Source: Pelagomonas calceolata
Lineage: Eukaryota
Assembly: GCA_918797485.1 (NCBI GenBank)
Contig: CAKKNE010000006.1
Span: forward strand, 744,001 to 808,000
Direction: 5' to 3'
DNA: 64,000 nucleotides
Of the stretch, positions 41,878 to 53,134 are shown one piece after another (the first letter of the stretch is position 1; each line of letters opens with the position of its first letter). A model generated the notes under the pieces. The model did no database searches, was not told the DNA's origin, and was given only the letters and a program-made list of their open reading frames with translations. A program made the translations under genes and the position numbers.

Positions 41878-43644
41878 TCATCTACCGAAGCAGCCCGGGG
41901 CGCAGCCCACTTTTGGCGGGGGGGTTGGTGGGGGCGGCGGCGTCATTGATGCTTCCAACGCCGCGAGCCGCGCGGCGCGCGCGTCGCCGTCGGCGCGCGC
42001 CGCCGCCAGCGCCGCGACGGCATCTAACCGCTCGGCAGCTAGAGCGTCCCTATCTTGCACCGTCTCGGCGAGCTCGCCTCTGAGAGCGTCTCTGGCCGCA
42101 GACGCGACGCCGAGGTCCGCCGCGAGGGCGCGCCGCGCCGTTTCCGCGTCGTCCTTGGCCCGGGCCGCGGCCGCGAGGTCGGTCTTGGCCGCCGCGAGCT
42201 CCGCTTCGAGGCGCCCCGTCTCCCGCTTCGAGGCCTCCAGGAACTGGGCGGCCTTCTTCGCTGCCTCCTCGAAGCGCTGTCCCATGGCTTGAAGCGCCTC
42301 CGCGCAGCGCGCCGCCTCCTGCTCCGCCGCGTCGCGCGCCGCGCTCGCCGCGTCGCGCTCCGCCACGGCCTCGTCCCAGAGCCGCTTGCCCTCGGCCAGG
42401 CCGTTGGCCGCCGCGTCGCGCTCCCGCTCTGCGGCGTCGCGCGCGCTCGCCGCGGCGTCGCGCTCCAGCTCGGCCCGCTTGCGCGCGTCGCGGAACGCGT
42501 CGCGCTCCTGTCGAACCCGTTCGCTCGCGCTTGCCGCCGCGTCGCGGTCCCGTTCCGCCTGCTCCCTATCACGAATGGCCTGGTCCCGGTAGCGCACCGC
42601 CGTGTCGCGTTCTTGAAAAGCCGCGTCGCGCGCCGATGCCGCCTCTTCCACCAACGCCGCCGCGTCGCGCTCCCGCGCCGCCGCGGCTTCCGCCCGCGAC
42701 CTTGCAGACGCCGCGTTCTCGGCCGCTTTTTCGGCCAGCGCCTTGTACGCATCCGCGGACTGGACCGCCTCGTCGCGCTCGCTCTCGAGGGCCTCGCGCT
42801 CGCGCCGGTACGCCCGTAGAGGGCTGTCCGTCGTCGCCGTCGCCGCGGCGGCGGAGGAGCGCTCGCGCAGCGCCTCGAGCTCGGTCTTGAGCCTCTGTAC
42901 CTCGCCCTGCGCCGCCGCGGCCTCGGCGCGCGTCTTGTCGCCGGCGCCATCGCGCTCCTCGTTAATTTGCTCCGCGTCGGACGCGCGACACGTCGCGTTG
43001 GCGACCTCCAGCTCCAATTCCCTACATCTCAACAAAGCCGCGTCGCGCTGGCCCTCGAGCTCGGCGACTTGTAGCGCCGCCGCGGTGAGTCGAGACGCGT
43101 TCCGCGCTTCCACTTCGTCTTCCTCATCATCGATGGGCGAGGGCGGCAGCGCGCGCGGCGGCGTGCTAAAGGCAGGAGACAGCGGCGGCCTATCACCATC
43201 GTTCTCCCAGCCGTCCTCGGCGCCGACAAACTGCCTGAGAGATTTCGAGGCCGTTTCATCCAGCGAAGAACGCTTCGCGGCCACCTCGCCCAGCCACGCT
43301 CGTAATCCTTCCAAGCGTCTTGTCAAAGCTTTTGACGAGGGCTTGCCCGACAAACCTCCGGTCAGTATGGCCGTGCGAGAAGGAAACGGCGCCTCGACCC
43401 TCAGTTCGCAGCGCCGCACCTCCTTCAGCAGCCTCCGGAACTCCGCGAAGCGTCTGACAGCAACACACCGTCGCGTCACCTCGTACCTTAATTCTACAAC
43501 AAAGAACTGAGGCGCGTTTTCTTTCGTTGATTCGGCAAAGGCCACGTCGACGACCCACTCGTTGACGGGCGGCGGCTGGGTCAGCGTCGTCTGCCAGGCG
43601 CTGGCTAAATTTCTTGTTTGCTTGGGTGTCGTATTGGCGGACAT
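41878..43644 (-). CDS. PX domain + long coiled-coil protein
   Basis: VRRFAEFRRL...PFPSR...RRLEGLRAWL followed by ERDAA heptad repeats. Confidence 0.8.
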   Translation of the reverse strand: MSANTTPKQTRNLASAWQTTLTQPPPVNEWVVDVAFAESTKENAPQFFVVELRYEVTRRCVAVRRFAEFRRLLKEVRRCELRVEAPFPSRTAILTGGLSGKPSSKALTRRLEGLRAWLGEVAAKRSSLDETASKSLRQFVGAEDGWENDGDRPPLSPAFSTPPRALPPSPIDDEEDEVEARNASRLTAAALQVAELEGQRDAALLRCRELELEVANATCRASDAEQINEERDGAGDKTRAEAAAAQGEVQRLKTELEALRERSSAAAATATTDSPLRAYRREREALESERDEAVQSADAYKALAEKAAENAASARSRAEAAAARERDAAALVEEAASARDAAFQERDTAVRYRDQAIRDREQAERDRDAAASASERVRQERDAFRDARKRAELERDAAASARDAAERERDAAANGLAEGKRLWDEAVAERDAASAARDAAEQEAARCAEALQAMGQRFEEAAKKAAQFLEASKRETGRLEAELAAAKTDLAAAARAKDDAETARRALAADLGVASAARDALRGELAETVQDRDALAAERLDAVAALAAARADGDARAARLAALEASMTPPPPPTPPPKVGCAPGCFGR

Positions 43645-44169
43645 TTTTCGGCGCTGCCGCGTTTCGAGCTGGGTCCTCTCCTAGCTTGTGAGGAGCTGTG
43701 TGAGTGTGTGGCGGCCCCAAGCGATGCCAGAAACTTCGCTACGCTGTAGCCGTTGATCCTTTCGATAAATGCGAGCGCAAGTCGTTCGTGAGCGGCCACG
43801 GGCGGCCTGCTGGGGCTGGGGTGTTTGGCAACTCTAGTGTCTGTCACGCTGGCCGAAACGAGCCAGAAAACCGCAATCTAGCTTCACGCCTATCCTGGGC
43901 GCGTGTAGAGCTCTTTGACCGGTCGTTCTCGCACAAAACGACCGGCTTCAAGAAGGGGGGGCTAGATTTGTTGCACACCTGAGAGAGACTGAAAAACGAG
44001 GCAAGCGCAAACCCCAATCGTTCGTGGGGGTCTCGAAAGGGCCCTAATTTCTTGTTCGCAGCAGCGCCAAGGCGTGCGCTGCGTTTTTAGCCCTCCGAAC
44101 GGCGCGCTTGAGCGCTCGAGGAAGTTCTTGTGCCAATCAACAAAGGCGCGCCGCGCGCGACCGCGTACA

Positions 44170-44952
44170 ATGTCCGCGCCGACGACGCAGACAGCTCCCA
44201 CAGCCCCGAACGGCCAGGCGGCCGCGGCGCCGCCCCCGCTCCCCGTGGCGCCCGGCGCGTCCCCGGCCCTAAACGCGAGGAGCCCCTTACTGACCTCGTC
44301 GCCCTACCTGCGGAGCATGGCCCTCCTCGACAACATGGACCTCCAGCAGCTCATGGCCGGCGGCGACCTGAACCAGGAGGAGGCCGCGCGCCGCGCGCAA
44401 GGCCTCGCCAACGGAGGTCCTCAGCGGAGCCCCGAGGACGCTCTAGGCGCCCTGGCCGCCATTACAGCGAGGACAGGCCACACGCCGCCGGGCCAGTACG
44501 ATTCCTTGGCACCGCCGGCCGAGGACACGAACACGATGCGACGTGTCACTAGCCATGACCAACTCACCGCAACAGCTGCTGCAGTAGCTGCTTTATCCTC
44601 CCCGCGCGAGGCGTTCCCGAAGCCGACGCGACGAGCGCCCCCACCAGCTCCCGCCGAGGACTCGGGCCCCGGCGCCGACGCGAGAAGGAGGGATGTTCGG
44701 CGCGAGCGGAACCGCGAGCACGCGCGCATTTCTCGGGAGAGAAAGCGCCAGAAGCTCGAGCACCTCCAGGAGGAGAACGACGCGCTGCGGCGGAAGGAGC
44801 AGGTGTTGGTCGACGAGCGCAACAGATTGCGCATGAGGCTCGACGAGCAGGAGCGCCAGAACGCGGGCCTGCGGGCCTACATCCAGCGCCACCGCCACCT
44901 GCTGGGGGACGTGGCCGCGGCGGTGCTGGCGCCGGCGCCGCCGCCCGCGTGA
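44170..44952 (+). CDS. bZIP transcription factor
   Basis: RRERNREHARISRERKRQKLEHLQEENDAL basic region plus zipper. Confidence 0.9.
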   Translation: MSAPTTQTAPTAPNGQAAAAPPPLPVAPGASPALNARSPLLTSSPYLRSMALLDNMDLQQLMAGGDLNQEEAARRAQGLANGGPQRSPEDALGALAAITARTGHTPPGQYDSLAPPAEDTNTMRRVTSHDQLTATAAAVAALSSPREAFPKPTRRAPPPAPAEDSGPGADARRRDVRRERNREHARISRERKRQKLEHLQEENDALRRKEQVLVDERNRLRMRLDEQERQNAGLRAYIQRHRHLLGDVAAAVLAPAPPPA

Positions 44953-45528
44953 GGCGTCGCTGGGGGTGCCATCGCTGAGCGCGCCCCGGCTAACCAAATA
45001 TATGTCGTAGCTTTCGGCGTTTTTTCGTGGGTCCGTTCCCGGGAAAGCACCTGCCCGGAACGCGTCGCCGGGTGGGCCCCTCCTCCTCGGGTAGTAGGCT
45101 CTCACGGAGCTCCTCACGGGCGGGCCGCGCGCGGTCAGCTCGTGTAGTCGGACAGGTGGTCCCGCCGCGTCGTAGGCGTCCCGCGGCCGCATCCAAGCCC
45201 CCGAAAAGCCGAAGCGCCGCCTCGGCGTTCAAAATCCTAGTGGGCGGCCACTAATTTAGCGCTCCCTTGCACTCGCTACGGTATTCAGTAAAACGCGTAC
45301 CAAAACGCGCTACCTCGCACGTAGGCACCGGCGCCCACTGCCAAAGCAACCTTCGAGGCCCAGACGACCGCGCGGGCACCGCCGCGCCGCGGGCGGACGC
45401 GGTGGGGCAGCCCTTCATCGTAGCGTCAGCCCCGGAACTCCCCGCGCGCCGCCGCACCCTTGCACGCGCAGCTTCATTACGCCGTCGCCCGCGCAGGCAC
45501 CACCCGAAAAACACCCTAGAGAAGCACC

Positions 45529-45999
45529 ATGGGCGCCGGCGGCTCGGTTGCGCTCCCCGAGGGCGACTCCGTCACTTTGGACGAGGCCAAGGCCTACGCC
45601 GGCGAGGGCGGCTGGAACGAGGACGCCCAGAAGGCCTTCGACGCCGCCGCCGCCGACGGCAAGGTGACCAAGGACGCCATCTCGGCCTATGAGGCCGAGC
45701 AGAACAAGGCCGCGACCAAGCTCCAGGCAAGCATCCGGGGGCAGCAGGAGCGAAAGAACCCGACCAAGCCGCCGGAGAAGTCCGGTGACGCGCCCGCCGA
45801 GGGCGGTGATGCTCCGGCCGAGGGCGGTGATGCCCCGGCCGCTGATGCTCCGGCCGAGGGCGGCGACGCCGCGCCCGCCGAGCCCGCCGCGGATGCCGCG
45901 CCCGCCGAAGGCGGCGACGCCGCCCCGGCCGAGCCCGCCGCTGATGCGCCCGCCGAGGGCGGTGACGCGCCGGCCGCGGACGCACCGGCAGCGGAGTAG
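45529..45999 (+). CDS. Small acidic, probably myristoylated IQ-motif protein with PAEGGDA repeats
   Basis: MGAGGS start; AATKLQASIRGQQER IQ motif; repetitive Ala/Pro/Glu/Asp tail. Confidence 0.8.
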   Translation: MGAGGSVALPEGDSVTLDEAKAYAGEGGWNEDAQKAFDAAAADGKVTKDAISAYEAEQNKAATKLQASIRGQQERKNPTKPPEKSGDAPAEGGDAPAEGGDAPAADAPAEGGDAAPAEPAADAAPAEGGDAAPAEPAADAPAEGGDAPAADAPAAE

Positions 46000-46135
46000 A
46001 CTCGACGACGGCGACCTGACCCCCTCCCCCCTTATTTCGTCCCGGCGAGTAAAAAACGTTAAAAGTACAACCGCTCGCGCGCCACCGGCGTAGTAAGCGG
46101 AAGATTCTTACGGGTCAGCAGGACGATGGGGGCTC

Positions 46136-46789
46136 CTACGCAGCCTCGGCGGGGGCGTCGGCGGGGGCGTCGCCATCGGCGGCTGGCGGCGCCAGTGCGG
46201 AGATGTCGCCACCGATGCCGAGGTAGAAGCCGGGCGGGCCATGCGGGTTGCCAGCTTCCTTCGGCATGATCTCGATCTTGACCACCTTGCCGGCGTCGTC
46301 CGCCCAAACCGTGAAGGTCTCCGGGCCGATGCTCACGGCCGTCCCCGTCGTCTCGATGGCTGGGAGCTTGTCGGGCATCGGCGTGAACGCGGCGCCCGAG
46401 TGTGTTCCCGTCACGACGATGTCCGCCGCCCAGGAGCCGTCTTCTTGCTTCGTCGGCGCCACCTTGGTGGCGTTAAACGTGAGGTCTGGGAACGAGCCGA
46501 CCAGGTTGCCCATCGCGCTAGAGAAGCCCGCCTTGTCGAAGAGCGGCAGGGGCAGGGCGTGGGGGCCGACGAACTGGAGCGTGGCGGCGTCGGCCACGTG
46601 CTCGGTCGTCCACGTCTCGGCCTTGCCGGCCATGGGCTCGCCGTCGAAGAAGATGGCAATGCTCTCCGGCGGCGAGGCAACCGGCTCGGCCGGAGGCGCG
46701 GCTGTCGCATCGGTGCCCTCGGCCACGGTAGTGACCTTCGCGCCCTCGTCCGTCAGCTCCTTCGTCGATTCGGCTGCTCCGTCGGCCAT
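46136..46789 (-). CDS. SnoaL/NTF2-like fold protein
   Basis: SFPDLTF...VVTGTHSG...IETTG ester-cyclase-like pattern. Confidence 0.75.
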   Translation of the reverse strand: MADGAAESTKELTDEGAKVTTVAEGTDATAAPPAEPVASPPESIAIFFDGEPMAGKAETWTTEHVADAATLQFVGPHALPLPLFDKAGFSSAMGNLVGSFPDLTFNATKVAPTKQEDGSWAADIVVTGTHSGAAFTPMPDKLPAIETTGTAVSIGPETFTVWADDAGKVVKIEIMPKEAGNPHGPPGFYLGIGGDISALAPPAADGDAPADAPAEAA

Positions 46790-47025
46790 CGTTTCGTTGC
46801 TGCGGTGGGGGTTTGGCGGGGCTGAAGCGTGTTGTGCACAACAGTTCGCCTCTTGTGCAGTGGTGCTGAGGGGGCAGCGATGCGGCTCTTTGGGAGCTCT
46901 TTTACCACTCGGCCAGACTCCGCAGCGCCGGCTCTCAGCCCTAGTGGCGCGCGCGGCACGATCAGGACCGCGCCCACGCCGCCGCCGCAAAAAAGAGCAA
47001 CTATAAAAAGTCTTACTATGTACCA

Positions 47026-48478
47026 CTAGTCGTCCTCCGCCTGCGAACTCCGCTTCTTCTTCCCGCCCTCCATGATCGCCTTCTTCTTCTCGGCGGCTTC
47101 GATGGCGGACGTGATTGAAGGGCGCTTGCTATCAATAACTTGGATGTCGTACTCCTTCGGTCTTTTACAACAGACCACCTTCTGAAACGTCTCTACATAA
47201 GTGAGTGGTGGATCGCGCCCGTGCGTCCGCCGGTGCTCGTTCTTGAAGCGCTGTTTCTGCACCGACTTCATGAGGTCGCGCCACCGCGTTTCACCTAATG
47301 TTTTTTGCTGCATCCTATCTTGTAGTCTAAAAGCAGGAAAAAAAATCATCGGGTATCTAGTTTCAATAACCTTGAACTCCTGGAAGTCGATGAGGCCGTC
47401 GTCATTACTGTCGAAGTTCATCAATGCCGTGCCCATGTTGCCCGGGAACAAGGGTGCGCCATTATTCACTGTACTGAGTAGTGCCATGAACTCATTTTCA
47501 TCAATACTATTGGATTTATCCTTGTCAAAAGTATCAAAGCAGAACCGTAATATGTCGTCCTTCGTGTACATGCAGTAGGTTAAGAGTACCGCAATGAACT
47601 CGTCGAACTCGATGGTGCCACTCCCGTCGAGGTCCATGAGCGCGAACAATTCGTCGGTCAACGGCGTGCGTTCTTCGTCGAGCATGTCGAAGAACTCGAC
47701 GGCGTCCATGGAGCCTGCGTGGCGCGAGCGTGAGCGGCGCGGCGACCGCGTCAACCCCACGCCATCGCCGCGACGGCCCCGACGCGCGTCGAAGGCGTCA
47801 AACGCGGAAACACGAACCGGACTGGTCGACGTCGATCTCGTCGAACTCGCGCTTCAGGTGCCTCAAATCTTTTTGCGTGAGATTGAGAGCGTTGACCGCT
47901 TCCCGCGCCGCGACGGTCTCGAGCTTGATCGTCTCCGGGACGCCTGTGGGTGAATGACTCCGTCGCGAGGCGCGTAGACTCTCTGATGATCATGAAGACG
48001 CAACTTGAACTTCGGAAACGTGCGGCAAAGACGCGGAGTCCGCACCGAACATCTGCCAGAGCTTCTTGAACCTCTTGCTGCGTTTCTCGGCCCTCCTCTT
48101 TTTTTCAGCTTCTTTAAGGCGTTTCTGGCGGTCCTCATACGACTCCTCCGCGGCCATGGCGTACTTGTCCGAGGGGCCGCCCACTGCTGCTAACGAAGCT
48201 TTCACGGCGTCCGCGGCGCCGTTCAATCCTGAAGTCCTCTTCTGAGTAGGTGCCTTGAACTGCTTGCCGCGTTGTGGGGAGGACGTCTCCTCCTTCGTCT
48301 CCTCCTTGGACTTGGACGACTTCTTCTTCTTCTTGCTGTCGCGGCGCTTCCCGCTCTTCGGCGACTTGTCCTCGGCGGCCTCGTCGCCGGGCCAGGCCTT
48401 GCGGTTCCGGCGCTTCGCGGAGCCCTGCTTCACGAGGGCGCCGTCGGCGGGAGCGACCTTGTTCTTGTCCTTGGCCAT
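47026..48478 (-). CDS. EF-hand calcium-binding (calcineurin B-like) protein with basic N-terminus; exons 48478-48046, 47943-47818 and 47714-47026
   Basis: Four EF-hands (DVDQSGSMD after splicing, DLDGSGTIE, DKDKSNSID, DSNDDGLID). GT-AG introns at 47944-48045 and 47715-47817 restore one frame. Confidence 0.85.
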
Positions 48479-49054
48479 CGCAGCCGCGGCGTCGCCCTTG
48501 GGAGGGGGCTAGGTTGGGGTAAGGGGCTGCCTCTTCACGGCCTGATATCGTGCGCCATGGGTGGGGCGGGCAGCACGGAGAGGCTGCCGAGGTCGTACGG
48601 TGGCCGGGGCCGGCTCCTCGGCCCTCTTCCCTAGGGTTTGTCCGGCTATGACGACGGGGGGACGCCGGCAACTTTGTCAAGGTGCGGGTTATTTAAACCA
48701 CGCTTCGCGGGGCTGGCAATCGGCTCCGGCCGGAGGGCTCGGCGGCGGCGGCGACGGCTGCCTTGGCCCCCAAGGAGGCTGGAGCTGTCGAGGCTGTCGA
48801 GGCTGCATGTTGTATGCGCGTCGTACGAGCGCCGTATTGATTTGACGCCGCGGCAGGGCGACGGCATCGATCTATAACAACGCAAGCAGCGAGCAAATTG
48901 CAGCGGCGACGAGCTCTGCACTGAACACTGCACTGGGAGAGCAAGCAGCATCGCTCTCTCACGGGCGCGCGCAGCACCGATACGCATTGCGGTTGACGCC
49001 AGCTGCCGCGACGACAGCAACCAGCACTGCACCCAGCAACGCCATCGAGCCAAC

Positions 49055-49408
49055 ATGGCCCAGGGCCTCCGCGCCAAACCCAAAAAAAAACAAAACCCGA
49101 AGAAGAAGCCCCTCACCAAACGCCAGCGCACCGGCGCCGCCGCGAAGAAGACGGTGAGACGGAAGCACCACGACAGTGCCACGAAAATGATCAACGCCTC
49201 GGTAGAAAAACGCGTCGCCGGCGCGGCCGCGAGAGGCGGCCAGCACTTCGAGCTCGGGACCGTGAGCGACGCGTCGAAGGCCGCCTGCGCGGAACAGCGC
49301 GCCGCGGGCAAGACGTCGAAGAAGGCGCGGCGCCTCGAGAAGGCTGCCGAAAAGGCCAAGGCCGTCGCCGCGCGGCAAGCTTCCGAGCGGGCGTACAGCT
49401 GGATGTGA
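49055..49408 (+). CDS. Small basic UPF0390/DUF2462-like protein
   Basis: MAQG start, Lys-rich, TKMINASVEK motif. Confidence 0.6.
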   Translation: MAQGLRAKPKKKQNPKKKPLTKRQRTGAAAKKTVRRKHHDSATKMINASVEKRVAGAAARGGQHFELGTVSDASKAACAEQRAAGKTSKKARRLEKAAEKAKAVAARQASERAYSWM

Positions 49409-49441
49409 GTGTCTGCCTAAGCTAGGATGTGTGTCAAAAAA

Positions 49442-49858
49442 CTAGGCCTGCTTAGCCATCTGCTCCTCGTACACCTTCTTCGCCTCTTCCGCGGCCTTCG
49501 CCCGCAGCTCCGTCTGTTTCTTCATGATCAACTCGCCGATTTTTTGCTGCTCCTCCTGCTTCGCCTTGACCTGGTCGTCGACCTTCTGGACCTCCTTGGC
49601 GATGAACTCGAGGCGCTTGGCGACGTTCTCCTTGACCTCGTCGTAGTCTTGCTTAAATAAAACGGGACCGACGGTCTTGTACACGCTCGCGCCCTCGTCC
49701 AGGGCTAGTTCGTCTCGTACGGCCTCATTCTCCACGCGTTGCTGGATGAACCTTCCCCTCGATTGGAGTAATTGCTCGACGTGGCCTTGCAAGGTCTTAT
49801 ACGCCTGGAGCTCCTCGCCGGCCTCCTGCTCGAGCTGCGCGTTGAGGTTGGCGGCCAT
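49442..49858 (-). CDS. PFDN6: Prefoldin subunit 6
   Basis: ENEAVRDEL...VYKTVGPVLFKQD..E...NVAKRLEFI. Confidence 0.9.
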   Translation of the reverse strand: MAANLNAQLEQEAGEELQAYKTLQGHVEQLLQSRGRFIQQRVENEAVRDELALDEGASVYKTVGPVLFKQDYDEVKENVAKRLEFIAKEVQKVDDQVKAKQEEQQKIGELIMKKQTELRAKAAEEAKKVYEEQMAKQA

Positions 49859-50617
49859 TTGTTTGTTTGTTGGATTGCTGCGGCGGCTGGCGTGCGTCGT
49901 ACGCTGCGAGTCGTGGACTATTCCGTGCGCGCGGTGGTTTGCTGTGCTATTTTTTTGTCTGGGCTGCCTGAGTGAGGAGCTGGACGCGGCTTAGCGTTGC
50001 CGGGAGCGTTGCTGGGCAAGCGAATGGGTGCGTAGCGACTGCTGTTGTGCACGCCTACAGCGCAGAGGCACAAATGCGGCAGTCTGAGGTCGATTTGTGG
50101 GCCGAGGCCGGCAGCCAAAATCGACGGCTAACCCGCGCGATACGTGCTAGGACTCCTCTCCGCGCGGGGGCGGCCGCCGGAGGGCCCGAATGCTTCGAGG
50201 AGAGCCCTGCGGGATTTGACCTCGACTAGAGAGAGACCGCGCTAGTGAACGATTCGTCAAAGCAAACGAGGCCGCCGCGCGCCCCAGATCACCGCCGCTG
50301 ACCGCTGTAGAAGCGCGAAACTGCGTCAGCAACCAACCTGCAGCGCGGTCGCCTTCCCTCCGCGGCGGCGGCTTGCGAAACCGCTCCGCTGCGCCAAAAA
50401 CAGTCTCGGCGCTGGCGCGGCCGCGCACAGCGCGTACGCGCGGGCGCCGCGCCGCGCCACGCCGTGGCGCGGCAGCGACGGTCCACGCGCTGTCCACACG
50501 CGCTGCGCGCCGCGCGCCGCGCGTTTGACGCGCCCACCGCGCCGCACCGGCACCAGAACGCACGCGCCACCCCACCGCAGGCACACACACACCACACACA
50601 CAACGAAACAAGCAAGG

Positions 50618-51658
50618 ATGGCCGCCGCGACGGAAATGGCCGTCGAACCCACCCAGATGGAGGAGCACGCCGAGGACATGGAGGCCGAGGAGGCCTATTC
50701 CGCGTACTGCCACGTGTCCGAGCTCGAGCAGCACGGCATCAACCGCAAGGACACCGAAAAATTAGCGTCGGCCGGCTTCTGCACGGTCCAGTCCATCGCC
50801 TACGCGACGCTCAAGTCGTTATGTCAAGTGAAGGGCGTCTCGGACGCCAAGGCGCAAAAATTAAGAGAGATCGCTTATAAAATAGTGCCGTCGACCTTCA
50901 CCACCGCAGCGGCGGAACTAGAGCAAAGGCAGAACATGGTCCAGCTGTCGACGGGATCGAAGGAGCTCGACAAGCTCCTCGAAGGTGGCATCGAGACTGG
51001 AAGCTTAACGGAACTCTACGGCGAGTTCCGCACGGGCAAGACGCAGCTGTGTCACACGTTGTGTGTCACGGCGCAGCTCCCGCTCGATCAGGGCGGCGGC
51101 GAGGGCAAGGCCATGTACATCGACACCGAAGGCACGTTCCGGCCGCAGCGATTGGTAGCCATCGCCGAGCGTTACGGCGTCGCGGCCGAGATGGTTTTGG
51201 AGAACGTCGTGTACGCGCGAGCCCACAATTCCGAACAGCAGAAAGAGCTACTCAAGCAGGCCTGTTCGCTCATGAGCGAGGACCGCTTCTCATTACTAGT
51301 TGTCGATTCAGCAACGGCGCTCTACCGGACGGACTACATGGGGAGAGGAGAGTTAAGTGAGCGCCAGATGCAGCTCGCCCAGTTCCTGCGCGCGCTCACA
51401 AGGATGAGTGCCGAGTTCGGCATCGCGGTCGTGTTGACCAATCAAGTGGTTGCGAATCCGGATGGGATGTCCTTCGCCAAGGACGCGACGAAGCCCATCG
51501 GGGGCAACATCATCGCCCACGCGTCGCACACGCGCCTGCAGCTCAAGAAGGCCCGGGGCGAGAACCGCGTGTGCAAGGTCATCGACTCGCCGTCGATTGC
51601 CGAGTCCGAGGCGTCGTTTTCCGTCGGGCCGGCGGGCGTCGAGGACGCCAAGGAATGA
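50618..51658 (+). CDS. RAD51: DNA recombinase RAD51
   Basis: [46 protein letters not shown] and [12 protein letters not shown] (RAD51-type rather than DMC1-type). Confidence 0.95.
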   Translation: MAAATEMAVEPTQMEEHAEDMEAEEAYSAYCHVSELEQHGINRKDTEKLASAGFCTVQSIAYATLKSLCQVKGVSDAKAQKLREIAYKIVPSTFTTAAAELEQRQNMVQLSTGSKELDKLLEGGIETGSLTELYGEFRTGKTQLCHTLCVTAQLPLDQGGGEGKAMYIDTEGTFRPQRLVAIAERYGVAAEMVLENVVYARAHNSEQQKELLKQACSLMSEDRFSLLVVDSATALYRTDYMGRGELSERQMQLAQFLRALTRMSAEFGIAVVLTNQVVANPDGMSFAKDATKPIGGNIIAHASHTRLQLKKARGENRVCKVIDSPSIAESEASFSVGPAGVEDAKE

Positions 51659-51719
51659 GGCGTACCCAAGATCAAGCAAGCTTCCTCCCCCCGTGATAAC
51701 TGATTCTACGTAGTATATC

Positions 51720-52988
51720 CTAGCTCGCCGTCGTAGTTTCCCCCTCGGCGCCCTGGTGCTGCATTTGGGCGAGTTGCGCTTTCAGTGAAGCGCATTTGGG
51801 CACGGGACAGGAACCTCGGGTGCATTGCCGCGCGTGTATCTGCAACAGGGCCCAGATGCGACGGCAAATAGCACAGCCGCCCTGCACTCTCGTCGTACAC
51901 GTCGCGCCGTGGCGCATCAGGTCCTTCATCTTTCGGCAGTTCGCTGACGGACAATTGGCGTCACGGCAGGCCGACGCGTGCTTGAGGAGTCGCATGTGCA
52001 GTCGTATCGATTCAGCCCGGGGGTCTTCGCGGGCGCGGAGGGTGGCTCGCGACTTTCGCAGATCACGCCCAATCTTTATTGTGAGCGGATGCGCGCCACC
52101 AAGTACACGCCGCGCGATTCTTTCCGCGTCCTCGAGCGTCGTCACGGCCTCACGGAGGTCGTCGAGCGTGGCGGCGGGGTCCCTGTAGAGTGCCGCCGCG
52201 TAAGACTTCCTCATCTTGAGCGTAACATCATCATTCTCTCCGAGAACGCGCCGCGCCACGGGCATCGTTTCATGCAGCAATGTTTTGGCTTCTTCAAAGC
52301 GCTGGAGACCATTAAGGGACAGTGCGCAGTTGTTGGCCGCTATGAGGGTTTGTTCATTTTCTTCGCCACTGAGCTCCAAACGTCCGGAGTATACGTCTCG
52401 CTGCATAAGCAGGGCCTCTTCAAGCCGTCCGAGCTCTTGATACGTGGTCGCGAGATTGCTCTGCACGACGAGAATGTTGTGTTCTGAATCGCCAAGGCGC
52501 CGCCGCAGAGACAACTCGGCCTCTCTCACGGACAACGCCTCGTCGTGGCGTTTTGCCTCGGCTAAACCGAGCCCAAGCAGCGTCATCGCGTCTCTCCGAT
52601 CCCAGTCCCCCTCCGGCCGCCCGACGTACGTCTTCCAGCACGCCCACCCGAGCGCGCATTTCACGACGCCGTGGTATACTTGCTCACACAGACCGCACGT
52701 GACCCACCGCGCAAAGCCTGGCCCACCGTGGCGACGGCGGCGCTCGACCGCGGCCTGTGCTCCCTGCGCCAAGCACGACACGTGCGCAAAACCGTCTTCG
52801 CCTCGGCACGCGCACCCGCGCACGAGGCCCTCGTCTTCATCGCCCTCGCCATAACAGATGTAGCACGTCTGGCCCGCCGTGTCCTCAGCGCACGCCGCGA
52901 CTGCGGTGTGAACAGCGCCACTGTATCTCTCCTCGGCTTGCTCGGGCCTCAGCAGTTCCAGTACCGCAGCAGCGACGAGCTCGGCCAT
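51720..52988 (-). CDS. RING-CH + TPR protein with C-terminal TAZ zinc finger
   Basis: Same RING-CH/TPR core as 31145 and 32603, no MYND; C-terminal HASACRDANCPSANCRKMK...HGATC...GGCAICRR...HARQC. Confidence 0.85.
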   Translation of the reverse strand: MAELVAAAVLELLRPEQAEERYSGAVHTAVAACAEDTAGQTCYICYGEGDEDEGLVRGCACRGEDGFAHVSCLAQGAQAAVERRRRHGGPGFARWVTCGLCEQVYHGVVKCALGWACWKTYVGRPEGDWDRRDAMTLLGLGLAEAKRHDEALSVREAELSLRRRLGDSEHNILVVQSNLATTYQELGRLEEALLMQRDVYSGRLELSGEENEQTLIAANNCALSLNGLQRFEEAKTLLHETMPVARRVLGENDDVTLKMRKSYAAALYRDPAATLDDLREAVTTLEDAERIARRVLGGAHPLTIKIGRDLRKSRATLRAREDPRAESIRLHMRLLKHASACRDANCPSANCRKMKDLMRHGATCTTRVQGGCAICRRIWALLQIHARQCTRGSCPVPKCASLKAQLAQMQHQGAEGETTTAS

Positions 52989-53134
52989 GGTCTCGACCAC
53001 CGCTGCAAGAGATGGGCTGCGTGCGAAGGCAGCCGCAGTGCTAAATCCCCCTCAACGCGAGACGCGAGGCGCTCTCAGATCTGAGACCCCGCACGCACGC
53101 GAACACGTCCAACCACGTAGAATAATAATAAATC

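Noticed and set aside
50618..51658. DMC1 assignment
   Set aside because: Diagnostic segments ([22 protein letters not shown]) are RAD51-type.
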